Assembly (NCBI RefSeq): GCF_036321535.1
Contig: NC_087436.1
Coordinates: 48,300,001 to 48,364,000 of the forward strand
DNA length: 64,000 nucleotides
Reading direction: 5' to 3'
DNA from: Camelus dromedarius
Taxonomy: Eukaryota
This document shows positions 53,538 through 64,000 of the stretch, one piece after another. Every line of letters begins with the position of its first letter. Position 1 is the stretch's first letter. Made by a program: the position numbers and the translations under genes. The notes below the pieces were generated by a model, which had not been told where the DNA came from, made no database searches, and saw nothing but the letters and a program-made list of their open reading frames with translations.

Positions 53538-55160
53538 AGAGTAACCAATTATGCTAGTTTGCCCAGTCCTGAGGAGTTTTCCAGGATGCAGCACTGTTTT
53601 AAAACTCAGACTGCTCCTACGTAGAAAACTCTAAAGATTTCAAAACAAAACCCTATTAGAATTAATAAGCAAATTCAGCAAAGTTGCAGGATGTCAAATC
53701 AATATATAAAAATCACTTGCATTTCTATATGTTAACAATAAACTAAGAAGGAAATTTTGAAAACAATTCCATTTATAATAGCTTCAGAAAGAATAAAATA
53801 CTCAGAAATAAATCTTACCAATGAAGTAAAGCATCTGTATACTAAAAAACTATAAAACATTGCTGAAAAATATTACAGAAAACACAGATAAGTGGAAAGA
53901 ATTCTGTGTTAATGGAATAGAAGACAATTATTATATTCATACTACCCAAAGTCCTCTACAGATTCAACATAATCTCTCAAAATTCCAAAGGCATTTTTTT
54001 TTGCAGAAATATTAAAAAAGGGGGGGGAGATTTTCAAGATCTTGATCTTGGTAATTATTCCTTGGATGTGGCATATAATGCACGGGCAACAATGGCAAAA
54101 ACAGACAAATGGGACTACATAAATTTAAAAACGTTTGCTCATTACAGAACACAATTAACAGTGAAAAGACAATCTATGGAATGGGACAAAGGATTTACAA
54201 ATCGTATATATCTGATAAAGGGGTTATTGTCAGTAATATTTTAAAAATTCCTACAACTCAACAACAAAAAAATCAGTAACCCAATGAAAAATCTGCAAAG
54301 AATTCGACATTTCTTCAAAGATTATATATGAATGTTAATAGGCATATGAAAAGATGTTTAACATCACAAAACAGCAGAGAAATGAAAACTACAACAAAGT
54401 ATCACCGGGTACGGATCAGGGTGACTACTATCAAAAAAGAAAAAAAAATCACAAGGTGAGGATGAAGAGAAATTGGAACACTTGTACACTGTTGGTGGGA
54501 TTGTAAACTAGTGCAACAGTTATGGAAGGCAGTATGAAGGCCCCTCAAAAATTAAAAATAGAATTACCATATGGTACAGCAATCACACTTCTGGGTATAG
54601 ATCCAAAAGAATTGAAAGCAGTCATGAAGACACATTTGCATATCCATATTCATAGCACTGTTCACAATAGCAAAGAGGTAGAGCAACCCAAATGTCCACC
54701 GAGGGATAAATGGATTAAACAAAATTTAGTATATACATACAATGGAATATTATTCAGCCTTAAAAAGGAAAGAAATCCTGTCTTATGCTACAACATGGGT
54801 GAATACTGAGGATATTATGCTAAGTGAAATAAACCAATTACAAAATGACAAATACTGCATGATTTCACTTATATGAGGCATCCAAAGTAGTCAGATTCAT
54901 AGAAAGTAGAATGGTGGTTACAAGGGGTTTAGGAAAAGGGGAGAAGGGGATTTGTTTAATGGATATAGAATTTCAGATCTGCAAGATGAAAAAGTTCTGG
55001 AGATCTGCTTTACAGCAATGTGAATATACTTAATACTACTGATTTTTGCACTTAAAAATGGTTAAGAGGTAAATTTTATGTTATGTGTTTCCTACCACAA
55101 TTTAAAAAATAAACAAAAACTGAGACAGTCCCAGGCAAACTGGAACAAGTTGGTCACCCA
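53538..55160 (+). mobile_element. MER81/MER94-like hAT-Blackjack MITE split by an L1 (~53615-55115)
   Basis: Halves agagtaacca..gtttgccc and gtcccaggcaaact..ttggtcaccc. L1 flanked by imperfect TSD aaaact(c/g)agac at ~53601 and ~55116. Confidence 0.7.
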
Positions 55161-57659
55161 CCCTAGCACCATCACACTCAGCAAAAGGAGCATTACGTTG
55201 TAATTACATATTGGGAATAATGAACCTTCCTGCTTAGGCTCAGAGAATACTGCTCTCCTGAAAACTTGAACACAGCACACTTTCTTTAGTCCTCCACGAC
55301 AGCTGGACAAGAGATTAAGAAAGATTAAGGAAGACTTAATTGAAGCTTAGACTCAAAAGACTGAGACTCTGCACATGCTTTCTCCCTGAAATATATAATA
55401 GGACAGGTGGAGTGGTCTCCAAGGAGCAAGGTGTCTGATAAGACAGACTCTTTCATTTTTTATTGTTAGTTATGCCCTTATTTGAAAAGCCACCATCAAC
55501 ACATCTTTTTGAAAGCCTAACTGCTACTGTCTGGTTTCTAGGGGGATATAGGGAATTAAGAGTCAGTTGGTGTGTCCACACTTGGGTCTGAGGGTTGAAA
55601 AGAGAAAAGAGTTCTCCTCCAGCCAGTGTTGAACAATTGCCCAATTTAAAGGTGAATCCTGGGGGGCAAAATTGTGAAAGCCAGCCACAACTTCCCATTT
55701 TTGAGGTTCTCACTCCACAGCCATTCTTGGAGCCTCTGTGATTAAGTTCTCTGCCTTTTCTACTTGACAAATATTTGCTTTAAGATTTAGTTGAGTGAAA
55801 TTTTCTTCATAGAAGTTTCCTCATATCTACCTCTAGGTATGATGATTGTTTCTAAATTCTCTCCTGAAGCTTCCATCACAAGTAAGATTAGTTTCCGTGG
55901 GTCTCAGGGTAAATTTTCCAAGATGCATCCCGTAGGGCAGTCCACAGCTGGACACAGCCGAATGAACTAACTGGCCTCTTCCCATCCCCCCACCACATCC
56001 CATGACAAAAATGGTGTATCTTCTCTTTTGTTTACATTTTCCTTCCACATATCTTAAAATAATTGGACCATAGTATGAATTAATCACTTTCCAAATTTCC
56101 TGTTCTTAAGAAAAAATTTTTTAAAGTATGGCTTTAATCAGAAAGAACAAAAGAAAAAAGAAAAAAATCCCATTCTTTCAAAAGTTCAATATGATTTAAG
56201 AATTCCTTATGGTCAAATTTTACACACAGAAAAAATTATTCCTTCAGGGCTTGCATTCTGTACCCTCTGAATCAGATTAGAATTAATGGCTAGCTTTTTT
56301 TTTCCCCCCTTAACCCTATGGAATAATTCTTTTAAAGATAATGCTGTTAGAACCCTACTATCAAGATTCCAGACAGTGACTTTTTAAATTTCACGCTCTT
56401 GATTTATCTACTGTGGTATCCCCACCATATTGATCTCTTTAGAAGTTCCTGGAACTATACTTTTTTATACTCCTTTGTCCTTTTGCCTAAAATACCCTTC
56501 CTCCTTCCTTACCCTCCACCTTTCTTGTTCTAGCAAAATCCTTCCCATCCTTTAAGAAGCGCAATAGATGATATTTAACTCAAACTCCTTTTCGCCCATA
56601 CCCTTCACGCTATCAAACTTGATCTGGATGTCTATCTCAGGTGCTTTCATTGGGCCAGGTGCATGTATCTATTGTAGTACGAGCCCTCTGTGATGTCACT
56701 AGCTGCTTGCTATTATTTTTAGTTGTTGACAAACTCCAAGGCAGATACTAAGGCAGAGAATTCCTGGTGTCCTCAAGAGATAGCATTCATTCAGTAGTTT
56801 GATGTCGTGGTCTTAAGGATCTTCATTAAGTGATATAAAGAGTACTAACAGATGACAAAACAACTGAAGAAATGCAGGTAGATCTTAAAGAAAATGTTGG
56901 AAATAATTACTGTGCTAATTCAACAGCTCTCCCCTCCAAAGATGACTGTGATTATGATTTTTATACTCCATAGAAATTGTATAATTATTTTCCCCATCTT
57001 TTTCTTGGAGAAAACTTCCTCCAAATTCAATTTAAAAGACAACTTCCTGGAATTCAGCCACATAAACATGTTTGAAAACCACGATCCCCTTTCAATTTTT
57101 ATCTTGCCTCCATCATCAACTCTGTCCTGGGCACACTTTTATCTGACTTGAGCTGCTTCTGTAACCTTTTAATATTTAAGAACTGATAGAAACAATGAGG
57201 CACTTTTAACCACAGAGCTCATCTCATAAGATGACATGTTTGTGTTCTCAGCCTCAACTGCAAAGTCTTCAGAAAGAACAGGCTTTTAGGGTAAGTACTG
57301 GAGTCATATGAGATCATCATCGTAGGTGAATAACATGCCATCCTATTTTCTCATCTCCTCCAGGGAATAAATTTCAAATAGTTCTCTACACATTGAGGAT
57401 CCATGTGGTAATATACCTTAAATAAAGGGTAGCAGTGTGTGTTATTGCTGTTTGTTCCTTTAGGGAAGGATTTATTTAAAGTTCAGTTTTCTTGTGTGAG
57501 CCTGGAGACTTCTCTTTTATCTATTGTGAAAAAAGCTTTTATTAACTGCCCCACTAGTTGAGTTGACATTAACAATGGCTACCAATATCACCCATAATGC
57601 ATCAGTGTGCCATTACAATGCCTCAGAAGATCTAGAAAAATTATTTCAGGAATGAGAAC

Positions 57660-58020
57660 GGGAGTGTTGGTGCTAACAATGTAGTGGTAATGGTGGTGAT
57701 GCTGGTAGCGCTAGCCATGGAACCCGTGCTCATGGCGGTAGTAGTGGTAATGATGCTGGTGTTTGAGGCTACAGCAGTGATGGTGGTGATGGTAGTCATG
57801 GTGACAGTGTTAGTGGTTGTTGCTGATGGCAATAGTAATAGGGTAGTGGTAGTGACTGCAGTGATGATGGCAGCAGTGGTAATAGTGATGGTAATAGTTT
57901 TAGTGGTTGTTTTGGATGGTGATAGTAACAGAGATATTTGTTGTATTTACAGTAAACAGCGGTGGTGATCGCTGTGATTTGTGATTGTTTTTAGTGGTGA
58001 TAGTAAATGGTAGTAGTTTA
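57660..58020 (+). repeat. Degenerate (GGT/GAT/AGT)n low-complexity tract
   Basis: Trinucleotide periodicity. It explains the Val/Met-rich and Thr-rich ORFs. Confidence 0.85.
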
Positions 58021-58729
58021 GTACTTTAGAGACTCAGCACAAGACTAAGAGGGGTAACCTTTGAAGAAGCCCCTGAAAACTCTTCTTCACAAATATATAA
58101 GAGAAAATGAACAATCAACTAATACTAATAAATGGATAAGTATCCATTTATACTTAAAGAATATCCTGCCCAGAAATGTGCCTCAGGTCCTTTAAAATCA
58201 CATCTTCCTGAATGTCATCTGGCATCTGCCCCTCACTCCCAAACCTCAATCCACACATTTCACACATTCATTCACCCCTTTCATTATTTATGTAGAGAAC
58301 TCAAACCAAATGTCATTTCCTCTGAGAAATCTCCCCTGACACCAACCCCACCGTACTTCCCAGGGTTTTCCACTCACCAAGTATTTATCACAGATCTTAA
58401 CTATTTACTTATCTATCTCTAGAGTAAATAAAAAAGATCCTTGAAGACAGGTAAAAACTATGCTTTTTCATCTCTGTATTCCTAATATCTAGCACAGGGT
58501 GTGAAATGAATATTTGTTGAACACTTACGTGAAAGAAAGAATGAATCTCTCCTATAAAATGGTGGACTTCTTAGAAGGAATGGGTTATGTCTTTTTCATC
58601 TTAGTCACACATGATTTCAGGAGCAAAGCCCAGACTGAGCCCAGGCCTTGTTACTCCCTTCCTAGTTCTCCCTTCACAAAATTATGTTAACTTATACCTC
58701 TTTCCTTTCTCTTCTTATGGGTCTTTTTA

Positions 58730-58746
58730 ATATATATATATATATT

Positions 58747-58782
<36 letters not shown>
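58730..58782 (+). repeat. (TA)n(CA)n microsatellite
   Basis: Read directly from the sequence. Confidence 0.95.
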
Positions 58783-58786
<4 letters not shown>

Positions 58787-58885
58787 TAGAACAATCCTAC
58801 TCCAGTAAGTCATAGAATTAATAGTAGTTACACTATTTCTGTTTTTAGGATCCATCTCCCCTTCAGTTAAAGCAAAGGCAGTCAC

Positions 58886-61800
58886 CTTAGAAAGTTACAC
58901 CTGCAAAGATATAGAAAGAAATGATTTGGTCCAGATGGTAATGTTTGGCAGTTGCCATAAGATTCACATGACCAAAGCTTTAGGACAAATCATTTCCATC
59001 ACACCTTTGCTTGGAGATGGGCTGAAAACAAAAACATGGTCAATTCCCAGTGTCATTAGTTTCTCTGATGTAGATTCTCACCCAATATGGACATAGTTCT
59101 GGGACCAGAGATGAAAACAACTGGTCTTTTTATTATCCTTTGCTTGTTCTCTCTGACACTGCTTGCTCAAAGAAAAGGAGGTGAATGATTTCCAACTTGG
59201 GTTCAGCTCTCCTGAGAAGCTTGTGGTTTCATGAGTCTGAAAACAGTACAATCATTCCCAAGACTACTTTGTCCTGCAGTGTTCATAGGATCCCCTGTTC
59301 CCAAAGCAGAGCTCTAAAAGCCATTCCTTCCAGGAGAGCCAGTTCAACCAGCAGCCAAAAGTCAACCTTGATAAATACGCTTTTAATAAGTGCTAGAAAA
59401 ATCAGGAAATTGCAGGCCCTTGGCTCTTGTGATTTTTATCATACCGAGTTCCCTACAGAGAGCAGAAGAGCCAGTAATGTGTCATCCCTTCCATCAGAGT
59501 CCTGCACAAAGTCAGTGTTGAAGAGACATTTTCCTGTCAGGTACTACTGTATATCAAATGTATCCACCTCTTGGAGAAAAAGATGAAACTAATTTGAAAA
59601 CAAAGAAAAGAATCTGTAGCAACATTGGCAGAGGACAAGGTTTATAAGCCGGCCCAAGAGTGCTCCAAATCTACCATAAGGGAAACATCTGACAAAGAAA
59701 AATGTGTGCTGGCAACTCGTTTGATTGTAATTTCAATGAAAAATTGAAACCATACTTCCATGGGATTAAGCCCTCTTCATTCACCAGAAGGAGGTTGCTG
59801 TTAACAAATATGGACCATGTTAGCATCCCCCGCACTTCTCCTTTCAGGCTGCTTGCCCGCAAGTATACATTGTGAGCTTGAGATGGAAGAAATCGCCTCA
59901 ATGTGGCCACAGGTGGTAGAGTTGGTTTTAAATACACTGAAGACTAAAGTGGTTGCAACGGTGGTAAAAAAGTAGACATGTGCCTTGCAGATGCAACGTT
60001 AATTAGGGAAATAAATAAGGCCAAAATGGTTCCCTTCCAGAGAGATAAAAAGACTATCTTGATAGTGTGCAAAAGAGGCTCATAGTTTACCTATTATAGT
60101 GTAATGATGCTGAATAGAGGGAAGACTTTAGTTTATTTTCCCCTTGGGTATGTATCTTTTATTGTCATACACTGGAAAGTGGTATAAGGAAAATGGTCGT
60201 GTTCATAGTTTGAAAAAGAATAAATGTTTGGTAAGGAAAATCAATGCACCAGAACCCAAGGGGTCCTTTACAGCATGTGTTTGCAAAGAATACCAGAACT
60301 GTTTACAGCATATACACATTCCAAGGAGTTTTAGCCAAAGCGGTGATAATAAAGGTATTTAAAGGTTAATGAGCTCAAGATGGGTATATAGCAAATACAG
60401 CTGACAGTTTAGCAAATGCAAGGGTTGGAATAAGAAATTATTTTGTCTATATTTTTATTTATTTATTTTTAATAAGACTGCTACTTGTCCTAAATCATGT
60501 TCCCCATTTACCTCTCTCACAGTACTCTAATAATCCACAGAAACACACAGATATTGACATTCTATTTATGACTAGGTGTTTAATACAAAAATCAATCCTT
60601 GGGATAGAGAAAGGATTCTCTACCTCAATGAAGTTATTTTACTGTATAAAGTACTGAATTATTAGGGAATGTCTGTAAGAGAAATACACATCTGGTGGGA
60701 GGAAGGAGAATTCATCTGAAGGTTAATCCCTTATAAAAGGTTCTCAGCCAAAGAATCTTCTATAGAGTGTATGATGAAATACACTTTTCCTAGGTAGCTC
60801 TAATTATGTAGAAAAACATCTAACGTTGCCCTGCCATGCCTACATTTTGTGTAAGTTCCCAAAGGCAAGAGTTATTTCTGTTAAACACTGACTTTATTAC
60901 CCAGCACATAACTGATGCTCAGTTAGTAGAATCAAATAAAATACCCTTCATAGAAATTCTACTTTAGTGCAATTCCAGAGGAAGCATGTTAAAATCAGAA
61001 GCCAAGAGTCTTTTCAATACAAAAGTCAGTAAGACTTGTTATAACTAAAGAAAAGGCAGACAAGTTTTCAGATAGTACTAACTCCAACTCCACAGTATCG
61101 GTCCAAGCCTGGTTTGCCTTATGCATTTCTTCCATTACTTTAATAGGTAGCCTAAGACTTGAAATCATCCTAAGGCTAATATGAGTGTGCACACTGGGAG
61201 GAATCACTCCAATAATTCCTACAGCTTTCTGCCTGCATAACACCTTGTTTGACAGTGGAACAAGAAATGACTTACCACACACCTCTGAATGTACAAAGGT
61301 AAAAGTCATGCAGGACACCTGAGATCCTATACATTTCTGGCTATCTCTCTCACCAGATTTTGTTTAGAAACTGTTCTTTAAAGAAGGAAGGGCTGTTTTC
61401 CATGTCTTTCTGGGTCCCAGAAGGCAGGGCACAAGCCCTGGCAGGGGGAAGTTTATATTATAAATGACCCAGGGAGAACCTCTTTCCTCTGTGAATAGCT
61501 GTTATAGCTCTACAGGGTCATGATGTTGCTTAAGGGCAAAAGGAGGAATAAGAACTCTGTTACCTTGGATAACAGAAACTGAGAGAAAAGAATTGTTTTA
61601 CATAAGTTCTATCTTTCCAGTGTACCAAAAGGCAAACTGAAGAAACGGAAATCACTAGAAACATACAGAGTATGTGGTCACAAAATGTAGGCCCTGAATC
61701 TATAGCAACAGCATCACCAGGGAACCAGCTCCAAATGCATTTCTGGGCCTCTTTCAGACCTACAGAATTAGAAACTCTAGCGGTGGGGCCAAGCAATCTG

Positions 61801-63833
61801 TATTTTATCAAGCCCTCTAGATGATTCTGAAACTTGCTAAAATTTGAGAACCACTTCTGTGGTTAAGGACAAGTGCAGAGAAGGGTAACTAGGAACAAAA
61901 TTGCCTGTTATTTGGCAAAAACTTGAGAAAGTGTCAGTAGCAAAAAGATGGTACAATGTAGATGATAGCTGCAGGCAATGGCCTGACTAATAAGACAATG
62001 TTTTTAATTGTAATCCTTAAATATGTATCCAACTTGATCAGTAAAACGATGCTCTTATTGCATTCAGTAGTTTCTGAACTTCTACTTTAATACTGAGTAA
62101 ACCCAAAGTTTTAGAATTAAGGAGAAACATGACATTTCACTTATTTAAGGACCAAATCTAAATATATATCAAGTATTAGAAACAAAATAAAGATCAAGTA
62201 ACCTGAAGATCAGTATGAAAAAGATTCAATGAAGGTTTTTCTTCTTAACAGATTCTAGTTTAATAATGGAAAAACCTTCTCCACAGGTGAATAGTTTCAA
62301 ACCTTAACAAAAATTTTAGCTGAGTAGAGTTGTTAACCAATGGAACAGCTGACACAAATAAGATGCATAATCTTTTTTTTTTAAGAGCTTAAATCAATTC
62401 TTATCTTCTAGAATGGTTTACAAGCAATCCAATTCAATAGCAAAGATACATTACTTTCAAATTTATCTTTTGATCTCTATGAGTCCATAAATATAATTTT
62501 CATAAAAAATATATTTCCAAGCCCTATATAATTAGATAAAAAATTTTTTTCCTTCTGAAGTGAACCCAAAAAGCATTAGCTGGTTACTGAGGGACCAAAC
62601 AATTAAGAGGTAACATGCTGGAAAATATACTTTTAAATAGTTTTAATGTCTTGAGTGCTTGATTGAGAAGATTTAAGTCTTATCCTGTTTCTTCCTAGCT
62701 GTTTGTCTTGAGACGAGTTTTTTGGTCTTTCTGAAACATACTCTTTATTTTTAATATGGATGTAATCATAGCTTTCTCAAAAGATTATGAGCTTAGATGG
62801 AATACTGCATGGTAAAGTCTTGGTAAACTTTACAAAAGATATGGCTTTTATAAACATAAGTTATTCATATGCTTTAAAATGTGTTCTTTTAGAATCATTT
62901 ACCATAAGCGTCTCTGAAGTACATATTGCCAAGATAAACAATATTCCCTGAGGAATCTTTAATTATTTATCAGTAAATTAAAATTTTCACTCTTTGTTTA
63001 ATATAGTGACTAACTTAGTTTCTTCTGAAATACCTTAAAAACTTTACTTTTTACATATTAAGTTTATTGGATTGAAATTGTTATTAAGACTAGCCAAAAC
63101 TGACCCTGGTAAGCATTATTTTGGCTCGTGCTAATACAGGGAGAAATTGTAAAGGGAATCCTTGGCCTTCCATGTTAACTTAGCAATTTATTCCCCAAAA
63201 TAGAGATGCTCAAAGAGCTGTTTTGCAATATCTCTGTCCTTCCAATGTGTCAAAAGGCCAGGATGATGTAGCCTCTGGGAAAAAAAGACACTTTGGGAGC
63301 TGTAAACAGAACAGCAGCCTAAATGCTCAGGTGACCTGGAACCACAGACAGATCATCACACACAGATTTGCCAAACAAGAGGGAAGGTCTTAAGACACAA
63401 ACACAGATGAGAAATGAGTTGATCTGATGAACTTTTACATGATTCATGGTCAGAATACAATGAAACACAAGGAGACCTGAGAGATTCATTGAGATCCTGT
63501 TAAACCTTTACCAGTCTTGAGTCCCCAGAGAATCTAGTTATCTGAAAAATGTGACATATGATCTGGTTCATTCAACCTTTCACTGCTATTTCAACTTCTA
63601 GGAGGAACACTGCCCCCTACCCCATTTTGCCGGTAGCAATACTTGATGAAATATTCTATTTAAGAGTGATGTACGGGGTTGGGGGGACTAATTCTCCTCA
63701 AATAACCTACCACTTCTATGAAACCCTGGCTTTGTAGTCTATGCTGTTGAATCTTACAAGGCAGGATTTTTTTTTTTTTACATTGGGAGAAAATCCAAAA
63801 TAAAGAGACTTGGGAAATAGGACTTACTTCACT
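58886..63833 (-). other. Cluster of candidate micro-exons of an unidentified gene
   Basis: Pyrimidine-tract/AG and GT pairs at 63828-63833, 63512-63541, 61564-61578, 61276-61284, 60091-60109, 59675-59688, 59445-59452 and 58886-58900. The concatenation is open. Confidence 0.35.
61672..61855 (+). mobile_element. MER5A-like hAT MITE
   Basis: cagcatcacc..ggaa...cagacctacagaattagaaactct..ggtggggcc..gcaatctg...tttgagaaccact. Confidence 0.8.
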
Positions 63834-64000
63834 CTGCAGGGACAACAAAGGAGCTTCACATGTGCTGAGAGTGTACTTTCTTAAGTTCTTACATATGGTT
63901 TGTGTCTGTTCATCTCTTGAGCACCTTATATCTTTAGCATTTGTTTGCTTAGTGAATTTTCCATTAGTTTTAATTATATAAGAAAAACACTTTTCCAAAA

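Noticed and set aside
57641..57968. Thr-rich and Val/Met-rich ORFs
   Set aside because: They are a by-product of the trinucleotide low-complexity tract.
58529..58551. 23-nt minus-strand exon candidate
   Set aside because: It lies within L2 3'-end fragments and has a weak pyrimidine tract.
59185..59586. 133-aa + strand ORF
   Set aside because: No recognisable domain, and the length is within the chance range.
1..64000. CRISPR arrays, operons or other prokaryotic systems
   Set aside because: The sequence is mammalian and no regularly spaced repeat-spacer array was seen.

Overview
AT-rich mammalian genomic DNA, very probably camelid, because it carries a tRNA-Ala-derived Vic-1-type SINE at 30795-30934. 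Most of the window is interspersed repeats: L1s of several ages (many with target-site duplications, TSDs), L2 and MIR fossils, MaLR/ERV LTRs and hAT DNA transposons. The ORF track shows no recognisable host gene, and its protein-like ORFs are L1 ORF1/ORF2 remnants. Four things stand out: (1) a dense run of candidate minus-strand micro-exons (6-30 nt) at 58.9-63.8 kb that splice into open frames, plus scattered larger candidate exons, possibly from a gene I cannot name; (2) a ~480-bp insert inside an old L1 that looks like a decayed hAT transposase C-terminus with only one terminus; (3) a TSD-flanked L1 with a ~4-kb internal deletion fusing ORF1 in frame to distal ORF2; (4) a twin-priming inverted L1. 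All repeat family names were assigned by eye and boundaries are approximate.
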